Shown in pieces: positions 28,734-42,505 of a DNA stretch of 64,000 nt. The notes below the pieces were generated by a model. It did not search any database. It worked only from the letters and a program-made list of their open reading frames with translations, and was not told the DNA's origin. Location of the stretch: NCBI RefSeq assembly GCF_009914755.1, contig NC_060937.1; one strand, written 5' to 3'. Each line of letters begins with the position of its first letter. Position 1 is the first letter of the stretch. Origin of the DNA: the human T2T-CHM13v2.0 reference genome, Homo sapiens. Made by a program: the position numbers and the translations under genes.

Positions 28734-30107
28734 AGTCACCATTTATTATTGGTTTTCATCTCATGTTATATATGCAAATGAAACTCCTTTGAGTATGCAA
28801 TGGTTATTTACTGCAGTGAATATTGTACAATCATATTTATCAAAATGTTCTTCTTCAAAATATTTTTCTAATGCTTATTAGCAAGCAGTTTTTATATTTG
28901 AGAAAGTGAAACGTGGACTTTAGAATCAGATTTAGGCCATATGGTAAGCCAGCTGCCTGAAAAATCTTCATAACAAATGCTAATATTGATGAATTTTGGA
29001 GATGTCATTATATATGTATACCTAAAACTACAGGAAAACAAAGAAAATTACCAATGCCAGAAACACAGGCAACACTTAAAACCAGCAAGACCAGTTGCTC
29101 TGACTTTTCCGGATGGAAAGAGAGATGGACCCAGCAATTTATAAATTTGGATTTTCTTAAGGCTCATCAGCGAAGGGGTGATGCATAGCTGGACCTAGAT
29201 TGAAAGAGTAAATAAAAATACTTATTAACCAACCCAGTACAATTAAGAAGTTTGTCTGTAAATACTAGAACAATTGGTAGAAAAAACAAATACATATTCT
29301 CCCCTGAGAATCTGTAACATCAGGATTATCCATCATGTGTTGTTTGACTTCAAACTTATAAATTATACAGCCTTGAGCCATGAAGCATCAAATTAACAAA
29401 TTAACATATAGATTATTTTCTGGCCATTGATACACTGGAAGTTTGGTGGAAGAGATGCAAAATCATTCCAGAGCAAAAGCTGAAAATTTTTTTCTGCAAA
29501 GGGCAAGATAATAAACATCTTACACATTATTGACCATTTTAAAGAGCAGCTTATAGTCACCAAAAGGAATATCAACAAACTAGCAAGTGAAGATAAAGAA
29601 TTATCCAGAATGCAGAATATGAACCAAAAGATAGAACATAAGATAAGCTGAAAGACATGGAGGATTGAATAAAACTATCCAAGGAATATCTAAAAGAAAT
29701 TCTGAAAAGAGAATAGTAGGAATAAAAATAATGGGATTATAATAGTTTGCTTCTACTTCTGGGATGAATGTAGTAGTTGTATAAGACACATACTCTTATT
29801 AAAATGACAAGAAAAAGCTGGATAAATTATAAAAGCCACATATCTTTTAAAGCATGAGGGAACTGTAGAAGCAATGATGAATAGATGAACTAAGAGTACA
29901 GACATACCTGAGTGTTCGAAATGGGCCAAAGAGCATGATGCATTCATAGCATCTACTAGTCAATTCTGGCACAAATTAGGAAGTAGAAGGCATGTTCAAT
30001 GGAGGCAAAACAGTAATATATATATAAACATGTGGGTAAGTCTAAAGAAGCATTTGCTATATTGAATCAAACAAATACAATAAAGTAAAACAAATACTAG
30101 AGAACAT

Positions 30108-30535
30108 TGTTAAACTGAGTTAAGTTTGGCTCAAAGTGCCCATTGTACTTGCCTAATTAAGTTTGGCCCAAAGTGGCATCCATACATAGTGACTGTACTC
30201 TAACTTAACGTGTAAATAAGTTGTAAGCTAATGTAGATGTATGGACTTGTAACCAAGCAACTGAGACTCAACCAATCATAGGAGCCAAACCCTTAGTCAA
30301 TCCCAAACTGAATGCTGCCAAATTATGCCCAAATAAGGCAAATATTGAACTGCACCAATCAGGGAAACTCTGAATATAATTTTCTATGTTCTGGTTATAA
30401 ATACATCTCACCACTCTGGATGTGGAGTCACTCTGAACAATCTTCGTTCTGGGATGGTGCCTAGTTCTCAAACCTTTTTCTTGGTCAAATAAACTTAGTG
30501 AAATTTAACATGTCTTAGTTGTATTTTTTTAAACA
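30108..30535 (+). mobile_element. MER57-family (ERV1) solo LTR
   Basis: TG...CA ends, 4-bp TSD ACAT (30104-30107 and 30536-30539), CCAAT boxes, tataaa and aataaa. Confidence 0.85.
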
Positions 30536-31379
30536 ACATTCAAAGACCTACAAAATAGGACAGGGAACTTGTATTTAGACTATACTGTCTAAATGCAACT
30601 TATTTATGCTAGTTATTTGTGTGTTATAGAGAATATAGTGATATTGATATACTTTAAGTCATTTATGTACATCGGGAAGAGGAAAAAAAAAAAGTTACCC
30701 AATTCAATGGAAGTCAAATGAAGAAGCAGAAAAGAGCTACCAGAAAAACATGATAAGAGTTAAAGAAGATGGGAGCTCAAAGAGGAAAACTATCACTGAA
30801 TTTGGGGAACTTCTCCTTGCAAGCCAAGTTAACTTTTGTTCAGATAGAATTCTCAGATGAAAAAAGACAGAAATTATAGTCTATGGCTGACAAAATATAG
30901 AGAGTCTGCCCAGAGACTTTTGCTATTCTAAGCTAGAATCTTAAGGTTAATACACTTCAATGAAGGAGAAAACAAGAACCAACTCTTGAGCATACTTGAA
31001 GTCTGGGACCAAATCTGAGTTGTTCAGATACTCATATTTTCACCCTGATTTAAGATGATCTGATATGGGTAATGCTTGCATAATCAAAACTTCTGGAGGA
31101 ACTTATCTCCATAGTAGACAACAAGTTAATCTTAAACTATCCTGACACTAATTGGGTGTATAAACTTGGCCAAGTCATTTTTCCCTTTGAGTCTCAGTTT
31201 TGTCAACTGTAACATGAATATGAAAGTAACTAACTTGTAGGTCTGTATTAAAAATTAAGTCAATTATTTTGGTAAATCAGTTGTATGCAATATAGCGTAC
31301 ATGAGAGAGAGAGAGAGAGTTTGTGTGCATGTGTTTAGAGAGAGATGGAGAGAGAGACACACATACACAGAGAAGAATC

Positions 31380-31900
31380 AGTATATTATTAAGGATAACA
31401 ACATCTAGAAACAAATCGACAGACAAGAAAAACAATTTAAGTAATAGAATTTTCAGACAGAAGTTAAAGAACAAAACATATGCTTAAAGATGCCCACAGG
31501 GAAATACAAATATGATCATGGTAGATTTAGAAAGGAAATACCTGCTAGAGGTAACAGAGAACTACTGGAAAATTAATGAAGTGCAGTAGGAAGAAAGAAA
31601 ATAAATTATTGAAGAAAAGTTTCAAGATACAAAGGATAGAGTTAAACATTAATATATGTCTAAACTTTACCAGGAAAAGAGAGACAAAGGCAATAACTAA
31701 GGAAATAATAGAGAATGTTTTTAGTACTGATTGAAGACAGATATAAGCAGATTTAAGCAGGTCAACAAATTCTGAGTGGAGTAAGAAAAGTACAGTGAAG
31801 AAAACAAAAGACAAAGCCAAAATTCTGTAAAGCAACCTGAAAATAAGGCTTATTACCATTAAATAACAACATTTCAGTCTATAGAAACTTACATCCTAGG
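31380..31900 (+). mobile_element. Old L1/HAL1 ORF1-like remnant
   Basis: A-rich L1 ORF1-like text (gacaaagccaaaattctgtaaagcaacc). Confidence 0.45.
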
Positions 31901-32889
31901 AGAGGGAATACTTTAAATAAAAAAGTAATGGATGAAAGGAGAAAAATTCCATCAAGTGGGATAACTGTGATCCATAAAGAAGTAGCAGGTGAGATGGGGA
32001 GTAAAAAAACAAACATATATAAATCCTCTTATTTTATATATTATAGCTCAATTTTATTCCCATCTTTGATAATCCAAAAATTATACACTGATCAATATAT
32101 CTGTTCTAAATGTTAAGATTCCAACAGGTAGATCATGTCTCTCAAAATGTGTTGCACATTGCCTCAACTGGAGGTTCATGATGCATATTAAAATAAGAAA
32201 GGCTTAGAGAATTCTTACAGCAAGGAAAACAATGTAAGTTTATTTAATTTAGTGTTTTAGCTACATATTTAATAATTATTTTAGGTAGGCAGTTGTTTAA
32301 AGACAATAGAAATTACTTGGAATTTAAAGCAAGCAAAAATGAATGTGTTGGAAAAGCACAACGCAGCTCTTAGAATTGAAAAAAAAGTAGGTGAACCAGG
32401 CTCAGGCAGGAATCAGAGAGCAAGTCAGAACCAATATCAGAAAAAGGAAGTTCTGCTTTTCATGTGGCTATTGTCCTGTCAGTCATGACCGCTGGCCACT
32501 GCCAGCAAAGCATGCACAGGCATTTTCTGGAATGCTGCTGGGCTCTGCTTTAGCTTGTCACTTCCCACTTTACCATTGGATTCCAAAAATCTATCCATCC
32601 GACAGGAATAATTTCAGACTCTCTGCCTACTTCTTACCTTGCAAGGTTAAAAATGCAAGGAATGAGTGGCTATTCTTGGGTCTCTGGTTTACATTTTAGC
32701 CTCCAGGTGGTGGGAAGAGAAAAATCTACTCACAAACAGCTTCAAAACGGAAAGGTCCTATATTGGCATTCCTACATAAAAGAAAGTACTGGGGGGCTTG
32801 ACAAATGGACATTTGCCTTCAAAGAACACATATTCTCCTTTAGACAAAGTTTGCACTTATATAGCACAATTAACCTACTTCTTATCAAT

Positions 32890-33469
32890 CAATAAAATGA
32901 AGAGACAATTACAGAACAGGATAAGGTGTTTGCAAACTATGTATTCAACAAGGTTTAATATCCAGAATATATAAGGAACTCAAAAAACTCAATAGCAAAA
33001 GAAAAAGTTGATTAAAAAATGGACAAAAGAAGACATACAAATGGCCAAAAAATATATAAAGAAATGCTCAACATCATTAAGCCTCAGAAAAATGCAAAAC
33101 AAACCCACAATGAGCTATTACCTTACCCCAGTTTAAATGATGGATATTATCAAGAAGACAAAATATAACAAATGGAAACGATAATGTGGAGAAAGAGGAA
33201 AGTTATACACTGTTGGTGGGAATATAAAATAGTATAGCTGTTATGAAAAGCAGCATGGAGTTTCCACAAAAAATAAAAAAGAGAACTATTATATTACCCA
33301 GCAATCCCACTACTGCGTACGTAATAAAAAAAAAAAATGAAATTAGTATGACAAAGAGACATCTGCACCCAGGGATATTGAAGCATCATTCAAAATAGCC
33401 GTGATATGGAATCTGCCTAAATACTCATCTAACAACAAATGGATAAAGAAAATGTGGTGTATAAATGTA

Positions 33470-33505
<36 letters not shown>

Positions 33506-33660
33506 ATCTGTCTATTTATCATCTATCTATCCACCCCTCCAGAACAATATTCAGCCATAAAATGCTGTTATTTTTAGCAATGTGGATGAAGTTGGAGGAC
33601 ATTTTGTTAAGTGAAATAAGCCAGGCACAGAAAGACAAGCACTGCATGATCAAATTCATA
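32890..33660 (+). mobile_element. L1PB/L1MA ORF2 3' end, with an internal (TCTA)n at ~33469-33535
   Basis: aaatgctcaacatcatt, cccagcaatcccactactg, aagtgaaataagccaggcacagaaagac. Confidence 0.88.
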
Positions 33661-35961
33661 TCTGGAGTTTTAAGGATATGGAGAAAGATGTTAGGTTTTT
33701 TCCTTGTGTGGACAATATTTAAAATTATTATATTTGGAGAGATAACTAGAATACTCCTGCCAACTTAACTATGGCCCATTGAATTGCTCTGAATTATAAA
33801 TCAGATACTCTGAATTAGCACTTCACTACCATTTTTAAATCTACAGCATTTATGTAAATTAATAACTGCTGTAGAGCATACTACTCATGGCTGAAAAAAG
33901 TGACCTGATGATTAGAGCTATCTAAGACTCACCTGATGTCTAACAGCACTAAGGATCAAGCTATCACCTCTCCCTTAACACATCTTTCACACCAGTGTGC
34001 TAGAGCAGATAGCTGAAAAGTTTTCCCTAAGCCAGAGATCATTCTGACAAGGCATATGGAACAATAGAGATGTCAACATGCTTTCAAGACAAGTAACAGT
34101 AATCCTGGCTCTTAACTTGCTTTAATAATAATGAATTCTTTTATCAAGTCCTGAGGAATGAGGGCTTCCAGGTGCCATATTTCCAGGTGCTTATCAGAAT
34201 TTTTCTTTGCTGATAAGAACAATTGTTGCAGCATGCTTTGCTATTCATATACAGAAAGACAAGAAATTTATATTCTAATAATAGAACACAAGTCCATCTC
34301 TTGCATCTGATTTAGCCAGATTAAGTCACCTTTCCACCAATATCAATCTGGAAGTGATATCATGAACTAAATGGTGTCAACCTGGGGTTTCTATTATATC
34401 TCGACAAAGGAAAAGAAGTTGCCATCATTGGCAAGGTACATACAGGATACATCTCTGTTTCGGGAGATGGGATGAGATTTCCCTGATTCTCCTACACTGC
34501 AGAGGGTAGAGGGAGGTATTTATATAATACACGGGATTTTAATTGAAGAAGCAAAGAGGAATGGATTATTGGGATTAATAGTGTTTATCCAATACAAGAT
34601 GAAAAACAACATATTATTGTTTGTATTGTGATGGTTCTAGAATAAAACACATCATTTCTCTAATTTTGGTTAGATCTTTGCTGAAAGAAAAAGATAAATA
34701 AAATATCCTACAGTTTATCCATATCCATGTTCCTCTACACTAAATATTCATCTTTGATTAGTTATTTTTAACTATATTTGATTTCTTTATAAATTACCTT
34801 TTGAAACTTTAAACACATAAAGACATTGTTTCCCCTTAAAGGATTTTTCTTTTGCTTTCTTTTGTTTTTTTTTTTTATCTAAAACTTTCTTTCAAAAACA
34901 ATGACTTTCATAAACTTGCAACTTGTTAAATATAGTATTTTTATTAACATTCTAGTTTGTAACACAAGGCAAAACCTAAACACTTACCATTTATAAATAA
35001 TGGGTAATACTGTTTCAACTTAACCTTGAGAATGTAGAAAAAAAATTGAGTCCAGTCTGATAGCAGCCGAAAGATCTCAGAAACAGTAATCTTAGTGCTA
35101 GCCTGGCAGACACAATCTGCACAGAACTTAATCAAAATAAGATTAAAAGTCCATAGCAATTTCCTTGAGTGGCCAGTCAGATATCCCCCACTACAGTCAC
35201 CAACCAGCCTGCCCCTGGGGCCTATTTCAGAAATAAATTGGTTTGTAGATGAGCTGATGCAGAAGAAGGAAAAAAAAATGTTTTCTTGAGACTGTACCTA
35301 AATCTTATCAAGTAATACAAGGAAGCTTCAAAGTCTTTTTATTCTGAAATGTTGTTTTATTCTGCTTTATATCATCTTAAATTTATTAGTATTATATTAA
35401 ATATTAGTTTATGTAAGCTTATTATTTGACTCTGTATAGGATATAATAGATGGCATTGAATATTTAATAAGATAGCAACAGCAATAACACCTGGGAAATT
35501 GTTCAGGGAAGGATTCTATTCAGTTATTAAAAGATTTGCATACTTATTTCACTAATATTACTCAGCAATCACAAACATTGGGTAATGCTAGACAAATCTG
35601 CAAGAGGTACTGTTATTCCAGCACCTTAAAAACATTTTTCAATCTGAAAGATACTTCTAGATGTTTTTTTCCATAACAGAGCAGATGATTTCTAAGTGTT
35701 TATATCACTGAAACTTCACAGTATTAGTGGAATATGTTATCCTTTATACCAAAAGTAATCAGATTATTTTATAAAGCAATTATCAATTAAATATAGATTA
35801 CTAAGAACATACTGTATAAAATGCCTTATGGGCTATTAATTCTGCATGCATTGCCACATTTGATTATCTCAAAAAACCTCCTGAAATATGTATTCTTAAC
35901 ACACTTTTATTGAGATTATGAGTAATAAAAGTTAAAAGATTTTCCCAAAGACGTACAAGTA

Positions 35962-36551
35962 AAACAGGTCCTCAAATAAAGTTGTTTTGTTCAATGATGT
36001 TTCGCTATAATGTAGATGAGAATAAATATTGATTCCTGGACAGGGCTACCATCTGTGTAGGGTCTGCATGTTCTCCCCATGCCTGCATGGGTTTTCTCCA
36101 GGAACTCCTGCTTCCTCTCACATCCCCAAGATGTGCATGTCTGGTTAATTGGCATTTCCCTACTGTGTGTCCCCATGTGAGTGAATGTGGTTGTGCCCTG
36201 CCATGGAATAGCATCCTGTGCAGGGTTTATTCCTGCATTGCATGCTGAGTAAGAATAGGCTCTTGCCACCCGAGACTCTGAACTGGAATAATTGGGTAAA
36301 TAATCATCTTACTTGTTTTTATTAATCTTTTTAAAAATGTATGTATACCTCACACTTATTTCAGTGTTGAATGTTTTAAGTGTTTTAGTCTTCATTTAGA
36401 AGTACAGTGATAATATTGTGACCAGAAATATGCAGTAGGAACTTATATATTGTTTTATCAATTGGCCTATGGTAAAATTTGTTTCATTGTTCACCATTTT
36501 GCTGATAGTTGCAGTTTCCAATAATCTACTGATATTAAATGTGGACTTACT
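35962..36551 (+). mobile_element. MER6A-like Tigger element
   Basis: caggtcctcaaataa...ctgcatgttctccccatgcctgcatgggttttctcc...gtggacttact. Confidence 0.85.
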
Positions 36552-36704
36552 ATGTAAACAATAGCAAGGATCCTAAATCCTAGGTTACATCTAAGTTTAA
36601 ATGGCTTGACACCATGTCAGAATTGCCTTATCACCATGCTCTTATAAGTGTTTCATTTTTTAAAACAGTGCAAACTGAATTTTGCATGAGAATTATCATT
36701 AAAA

Positions 36705-36830
36705 AATTTTTTGTTACAGATAGGATCTTGCTATGTTGCCCAGGTTGACCTTGAAGTTCTGGGTTCAAATGATCCTTTTGCCTCAGCATCCAGTGTACCT
36801 GGGACTACAACTGTGTGCCACCATACCCAG
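36705..36830 (-). mobile_element. Alu monomer (FLAM/AluJ-like)
   Basis: gctatgttgcccagg...gggactaca...gccaccataccca. Confidence 0.8.
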
Positions 36831-37029
36831 GGCTGCAGGAAAAGTTGTTACGTAAAGCAGTGATTTATGAAAATAAGACTTTATTTGGGCAACATAGAAA
36901 ATGTAAACAAAAAGAGTTGCTCAACATAAAACTTACTCAAGTCACAATTTACCTCTGACATGACATATTTCCATCCACTTCAGAAAAAAAATGTGTATAC
37001 CTTTTTATTTCTTTTTTTCTTTTCTTTCC

Positions 37030-37290
37030 GTTTTTTTTTTTTTTTTTTTTTTAGACGGGCTGGAGTGCAGTCACAGCTCACTGCACCTTTGAGCTCCTGG
37101 GCTAAAGTAATCTTCCTTTCTCAGCCTCTTGAGTAGTTAGAACTAAGACATGCACCACCATGTCTGGCTAATTTTTAACATTTTTTTTGTGGAGATGGAG
37201 TCTCGCTATGTTGCCCAGGCTGGTCTTGAACTTCTGGCCACATGCTATCCTCTCACCTCGACCCCCCAAAGCACTTGGATTATTGGCTCA
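37030..37290 (-). mobile_element. AluJ
   Basis: Poly-T followed by a diverged reverse Alu. Confidence 0.88.
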
Positions 37291-39606
37291 AGTACTTAGA
37301 TGTATTAACCAGGATCACAGAGAGCTTGATTTTGTAAGTTTGAGTTAGCATGTAATAACTGCAGTTGATTTTGATGCATGTATTTAATGAGAATCATTGC
37401 TTTAGACTATATGATATTTGAAACAAAAGAGCAATAGGACTGCACGGCACAATATAAAGTCTGTTATGACATAGTGACTTTAATATATTCTAATTAAAAT
37501 TATAATAGTAAAAGCTAAAAATGACAAGACAATTGTTAGAAATCATATCACGACAGCATAATCATGTATCCAGAAGTGATTGATACAATAACATGAACTG
37601 ACATTTTGCTACAATATTAATCAGTTAATACAGGTTTTGAGGTTTCAGTTAACTGGTTAATCATAAAATATTATATAAAATATTATCAAATTGTTGTGTA
37701 AGTCATCTCACTGTATTCTAAAATTTATGTTATTTTATATTTCTAATCTGTGTTTTGCAGAGATCATGAAAATTTTAACTGGGTAACTGAAGAAGAATTG
37801 TCCCAAGGACTTGAATAAATGTTAATGTTCATAACAGTATGTTCTAAAAAGAAATTTAAGTAAAAAAGGAAAAAACATATTTCATTTTAAAAATATCTAC
37901 CCATGCACATCATTCATCTAAAAAACCCATTTACTATAATGATCTAGTTATGTAAAGATATACCCAATAGCTACTTAAAATAGAAATATTCTATTTCATT
38001 ATTAGAAATTATTATTTTAAAAGGTTGTTAAAACATCAAAAATATGCTTATTTCTAGTAACCAGAGAACACAGCAGGGTTATGAAACTTTGGATTCCTGT
38101 TTGGTTTGGCAGGTAACTAGATTAACAAAAATACGAGGTTTTGAGTTTCAAAACACAATAGCATATTTAAAAAATACTTGGTGGGGGTCTGGCAATTGAG
38201 AGACCTTAGTAGCATAATCATTGGTCTTCACAATCACTGCCAGGTACTCTTTCAAACTAGCTTGAATAACTGCAAAACACATCATCAACCCAGCTTTTTT
38301 TTGCTGGACCTGGGCATATATAAACTGATTAGATTTAAAAATAAAAAAATTAGAGTTTTTTCTGTTGTGTTTGAAGAGGTGAACCCTTGGACTCAAAATC
38401 TCTCAAAAGTCCTGTCTTTCACTTCAGAATCTGGGCTAATTTGCACAGGAATATACTTCTGTGTTTTAATAAACACATGTAATTTTTCTGTTTTCATCTT
38501 GCAAGTAATGACAGCTTTGTTCTCAAACCAATTTTGTTTTTTATAGATTTTACCCTGATATATAATGAAGAGACAATTACATGATCTGTGTAGAAATTCT
38601 TCCTCTAAACTAAATTATACTACCTTAGAAATCTGACATGAAAGTACCAAAACTATGTAAATTCACTTCACCAAGAAAATTATTACATAAAACAGTGATT
38701 CATGGAAATAAGACTTGATTTGGGCAACATAGAAAGTATTAAAACTAAAAAGGAGTTGCTTGAGATAAAGTTTACCCAAGTGACAATTTTACCTGTGACA
38801 AACATATTTCCATCCACTGCAGTAACAAATGTGTTTAGTTTATTAAAGTATATGTTTAACAGCAAAAAATAAATAGAATAAATTTATTATCCCTATCCAG
38901 TGATAAACACAATTTTAAAATAAAAATAAAAACATCCTGCTTATATTTGCTATACTATTTCATGCGTTAGGCTAAGATATATGGTTATTTCCATGCTTTC
39001 AGGATGTGTTTAACAAATCTCTTATACATTTTCCTATTGTTATTTTAATATCTTGAATATAATATTAAATAAACATTTCTACAAATAATTTGAACCTCAA
39101 AGTTTCATAAGCATCTATCCTTCAATATTTAGGCCTAAAAAGTAATCTCCATTATCTATCAAATTCTAAATTTGAACTTATTATGGTTTACTCCTACTTT
39201 TTAATTATTACTTTGGTTAAAGATACTTCATGATATTATTAAGTTCCTTACTAATAATGTATATGGTTGTATTACATTCATTTATCCATCAAGACTAACT
39301 TTGAGCTACTATGAAATATAATTTAAATCATTCATATAATATCTAATGAATGATTATTATAATACAAAGCACTATACTAGGTTTCATAAGTGATACAAAA
39401 ACAAGTGCAACCGCCTCAGTAAACAACACATTTGCAGTCTAATAGAGGAAAACAAGCCCTGTTATAAGAATAATTATAGTAAAAGACTATATAAAATACA
39501 ATCCATTTTGACACACACCTTCAACTCTATTTGCTAATTCTAATTTTCACTCTTCAGTTTATTTTTAGATTAAATAGTTATTTTCACAAATCAGTCTGAG
39601 GACAGA

Positions 39607-39650
39607 GTTTTTTGTTTTGTTTTGTTTTGTTTTGTTTTGTTTTGTTTTTG
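39607..39650. repeat. (TTTTG)n
   Basis: Directly visible. Confidence 0.95.
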
Positions 39651-40329
39651 TGAGTCATCAGCACTATGCAATTGCATATACCTGTCGTGTTTGGTCTACA
39701 GAGGCTAAACATCATGTAATAGTTTTTATGCATTTTGTTCATAGGTTACTGGGTGCTTTAAGGCAAAACTGAATGAGTTTCCAATAGTCCAAAACTACAA
39801 GAAATACAGACACAAAGTGCCTGGGGTTATCCTCAAATGAAGTTAGATTTGAATTGCATTCAATAACCTTTTTTACAATGTGTAGATGCTCAAAGCAAAT
39901 ACAATAGTTTCTCTTTGCCTCTGTGACTTGAGTTCATAGTGTTGTGTTTAAATATAACTTTTGTAATGTCTACTTCACTGAAGAAACTTTTAAAACATTT
40001 GACTTATAATGGTTTTCTGTAACAACCTATGGTGCTTGGTTTGTAAAGTAAAACAGGAACTCAATTTAGTACCTACTGAATAATAACATTTTTTAACTGA
40101 GATTCCACTCATAAAGCACCTAAATGTTTAAAGTTAAAGCATATTATGTTGATATTAAATTTAAAAAGAACAAGTTAGAGAAGAAATAAAGAAAAAAAAC
40201 TTCAGAGAATAAACTGCTTCCAAGTATACAAGTACTAAACAGGCTATACACTGGTATGCTCATTATAAATAAAAACATTCATTCATGTCATTTTATCTCA
40301 TTACTACATATTTAAAATAATCTCTTATC

Positions 40330-40932
40330 ATTATAGTAGGCCATCATTTTCCAAATAGCATCAAGAATCCTTATTTTGAAATAGTAATCAGATCATGTAG
40401 TTCTCCTGATCAGATCTCTTCACACTCTAGAATAATATGCATACCTTCATTTTAGCTTTTAGACTTTTTTCTGATCTAGCTCTAGATTATTGTTTGATCT
40501 CATTTTTACTATTCTTCTCATTGCTCATTCAATTCAATTTCAAGCATAATGATTTTTTGCTCTTTTTGGAATACACTAGCTTTTTGATTTCATTAGAGCC
40601 TGTACACTTCCCTCTTCCTGAAATGTTCTTCCCCAAATTTATGTATAGCTTATTCTCTCTTTGTTCAGGGCTCAGTGTAATTGTAGATTGTTCTCTACCT
40701 TGAATATGTCTTACCCCTCATTTGACTGGTTTTCCTTCATACCAATTATTTGTATTCTAAAATATTTTATATTTTTCCGTTGACTTGTTCACTGAGTTCC
40801 TTCCTCTAAAATGTAGCTTCATGAGGGCAGATATTTTGTTAAAATTGTATGCTACTGTATCACTAGAACTGAGAACAATGCCTGAACAGAGTAGCTACTC
40901 ATGACTCATTGGCTAAAACAAGTTAATGAATG
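40330..40932 (+). mobile_element. LINE-2 3' end
   Basis: tgtagcttcatgagggcagatattttg...agaacaatgcctgaacagagtag...ttaatgaatga. Confidence 0.75.
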
Positions 40933-41274
40933 AGAACAGGCAGGTAGAAAGCCAGGAAGGAAAGGAGGCTATTATATTAAGTTGAATGAGGGATTAAATG
41001 AATATAAATCAGCTGAAAGTAGCATAGGTTATGCAATATGCTTAATAAAGTATGTTTGTCTATTTTCGTTATGTAATCCAAAACCTGGCCAACCACAAAA
41101 CTTTTTACTGACTTTCTCTTTCTTCCCTGTTTAGTGCAGCATAAAATTAGTTATTGATTTTATCTCTTAACGCTCCGCCTCTATTAGTGAAAGGATCTTC
41201 TCTTATCATATTTCCAGTCCAAAGTTCAGTGGAAACTTTTTACACTCTTACAGTCTATTTGAAATCCTTATATC

Positions 41275-42505
41275 ATAAACATACCAGCACTTATCACAGC
41301 ACTATTCACAGTAGCAAAGATACTGAATCAACCTAAGTGTCCACCAGTAGATGATTTGATAAAGAAAATGTGAGATGGTACCATCTCACTCCAGTTAGAA
41401 TGGAGATCACTAAAAAGTCAGAAAACAACAGATACTGGAGAGAATGTGGAGCAATAGGCATGCTTTTACACTGTTGGTGGGAGTGTAAATTAGTTTAACC
41501 ATTGTGGAAGACAGTGTGGCGATTCTTCAGGGATCTAGAACTAGAAATACATTTTGACCCAGCAATCCCATTACTGGGTATATACCCAAAGGATTATAAA
41601 TCATCCTACTCTGAAGACACATGCACACATATGTTTATTGCAGCACTGTTCACAATAGCAAAGACTTGGAACCAACCCAAATGCCCACCAATGATAGACT
41701 GGATAAAGAAAATGTGGCACATATACATCATGGAATACTATGCAGCCATAAAAAATGATGAGTTCATGTCCTTTGCAGGGACATGAATGAAATTGGCAAA
41801 CATCATTCTCAGCAAGCTAACACAAGAACAGAAAACCAAACACTGCATGCTCTCACTCATAAGTGGGAGTTGAACAATGAGAATACATGGACACAAGGAG
41901 GGGAACATCACACTCCACAGCCTGTCAGAGGGTGAGGGGCTAGGGGAGGGATAGCATTTAGAGAAAGACTTAATGTAGATGACAGGTTGATGAGTGCAGC
42001 AAACCACTATGGCATGTGTATACCTACATAACAAACCTGCAAGTTCTGCACATGTACCCCAGAACTTAAAGTATAATAAAAAAGATTTCCACCTAAAGAT
42101 AAGAAAATATGATGATATACACAATGGAATACAATTCAGCCTTTAAAAATAATATACTTATGAAACATGTATTTTGGAGCAGTTTGGATGGAACTGGAGG
42201 ACATTATCTTAGATGAAAGTCAGACACAGAAAGACAGATACTGCGTGTTCTCATTTATAAATGGGAGGTAATTAATATGTTCACATGGACATAGAGTGTG
42301 CAATGATAGAGACTTGGACATGAAGACTTGGAAGAGTTGGGGGAGAGTGAGAGGGGAGTAAATGATAAGAAATTATTTAATGAGTACAAGGTATGCTTTT
42401 CAGGTGATGAATATGCTGAACATCCTGACTTCACTATGCAACCTATGGATGTAACAAAATTACAGTTGCACTCCATAAATTTATAGAAATAAAATAAAAT
42501 AAATT
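41275..42505 (+). mobile_element. Host L1MA 3' end (pieces at 41275-41373 and 42098-42505)
   Basis: cagcactattcacagtagc...gataaagaaaatgtg resumes after the insert as atacacaatggaatac and ends in aaataaaataaaat. Confidence 0.8.
41374..42085 (+). mobile_element. 5'-truncated L1PA (L1PA7/8-like) nested in an older L1MA
   Basis: ORF2 end (ORF 41502-41786 WRFFRDLELEI...), 3'UTR and A tail; flanked by aagaaaatgtga / aagaaaatatga. Confidence 0.92.
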
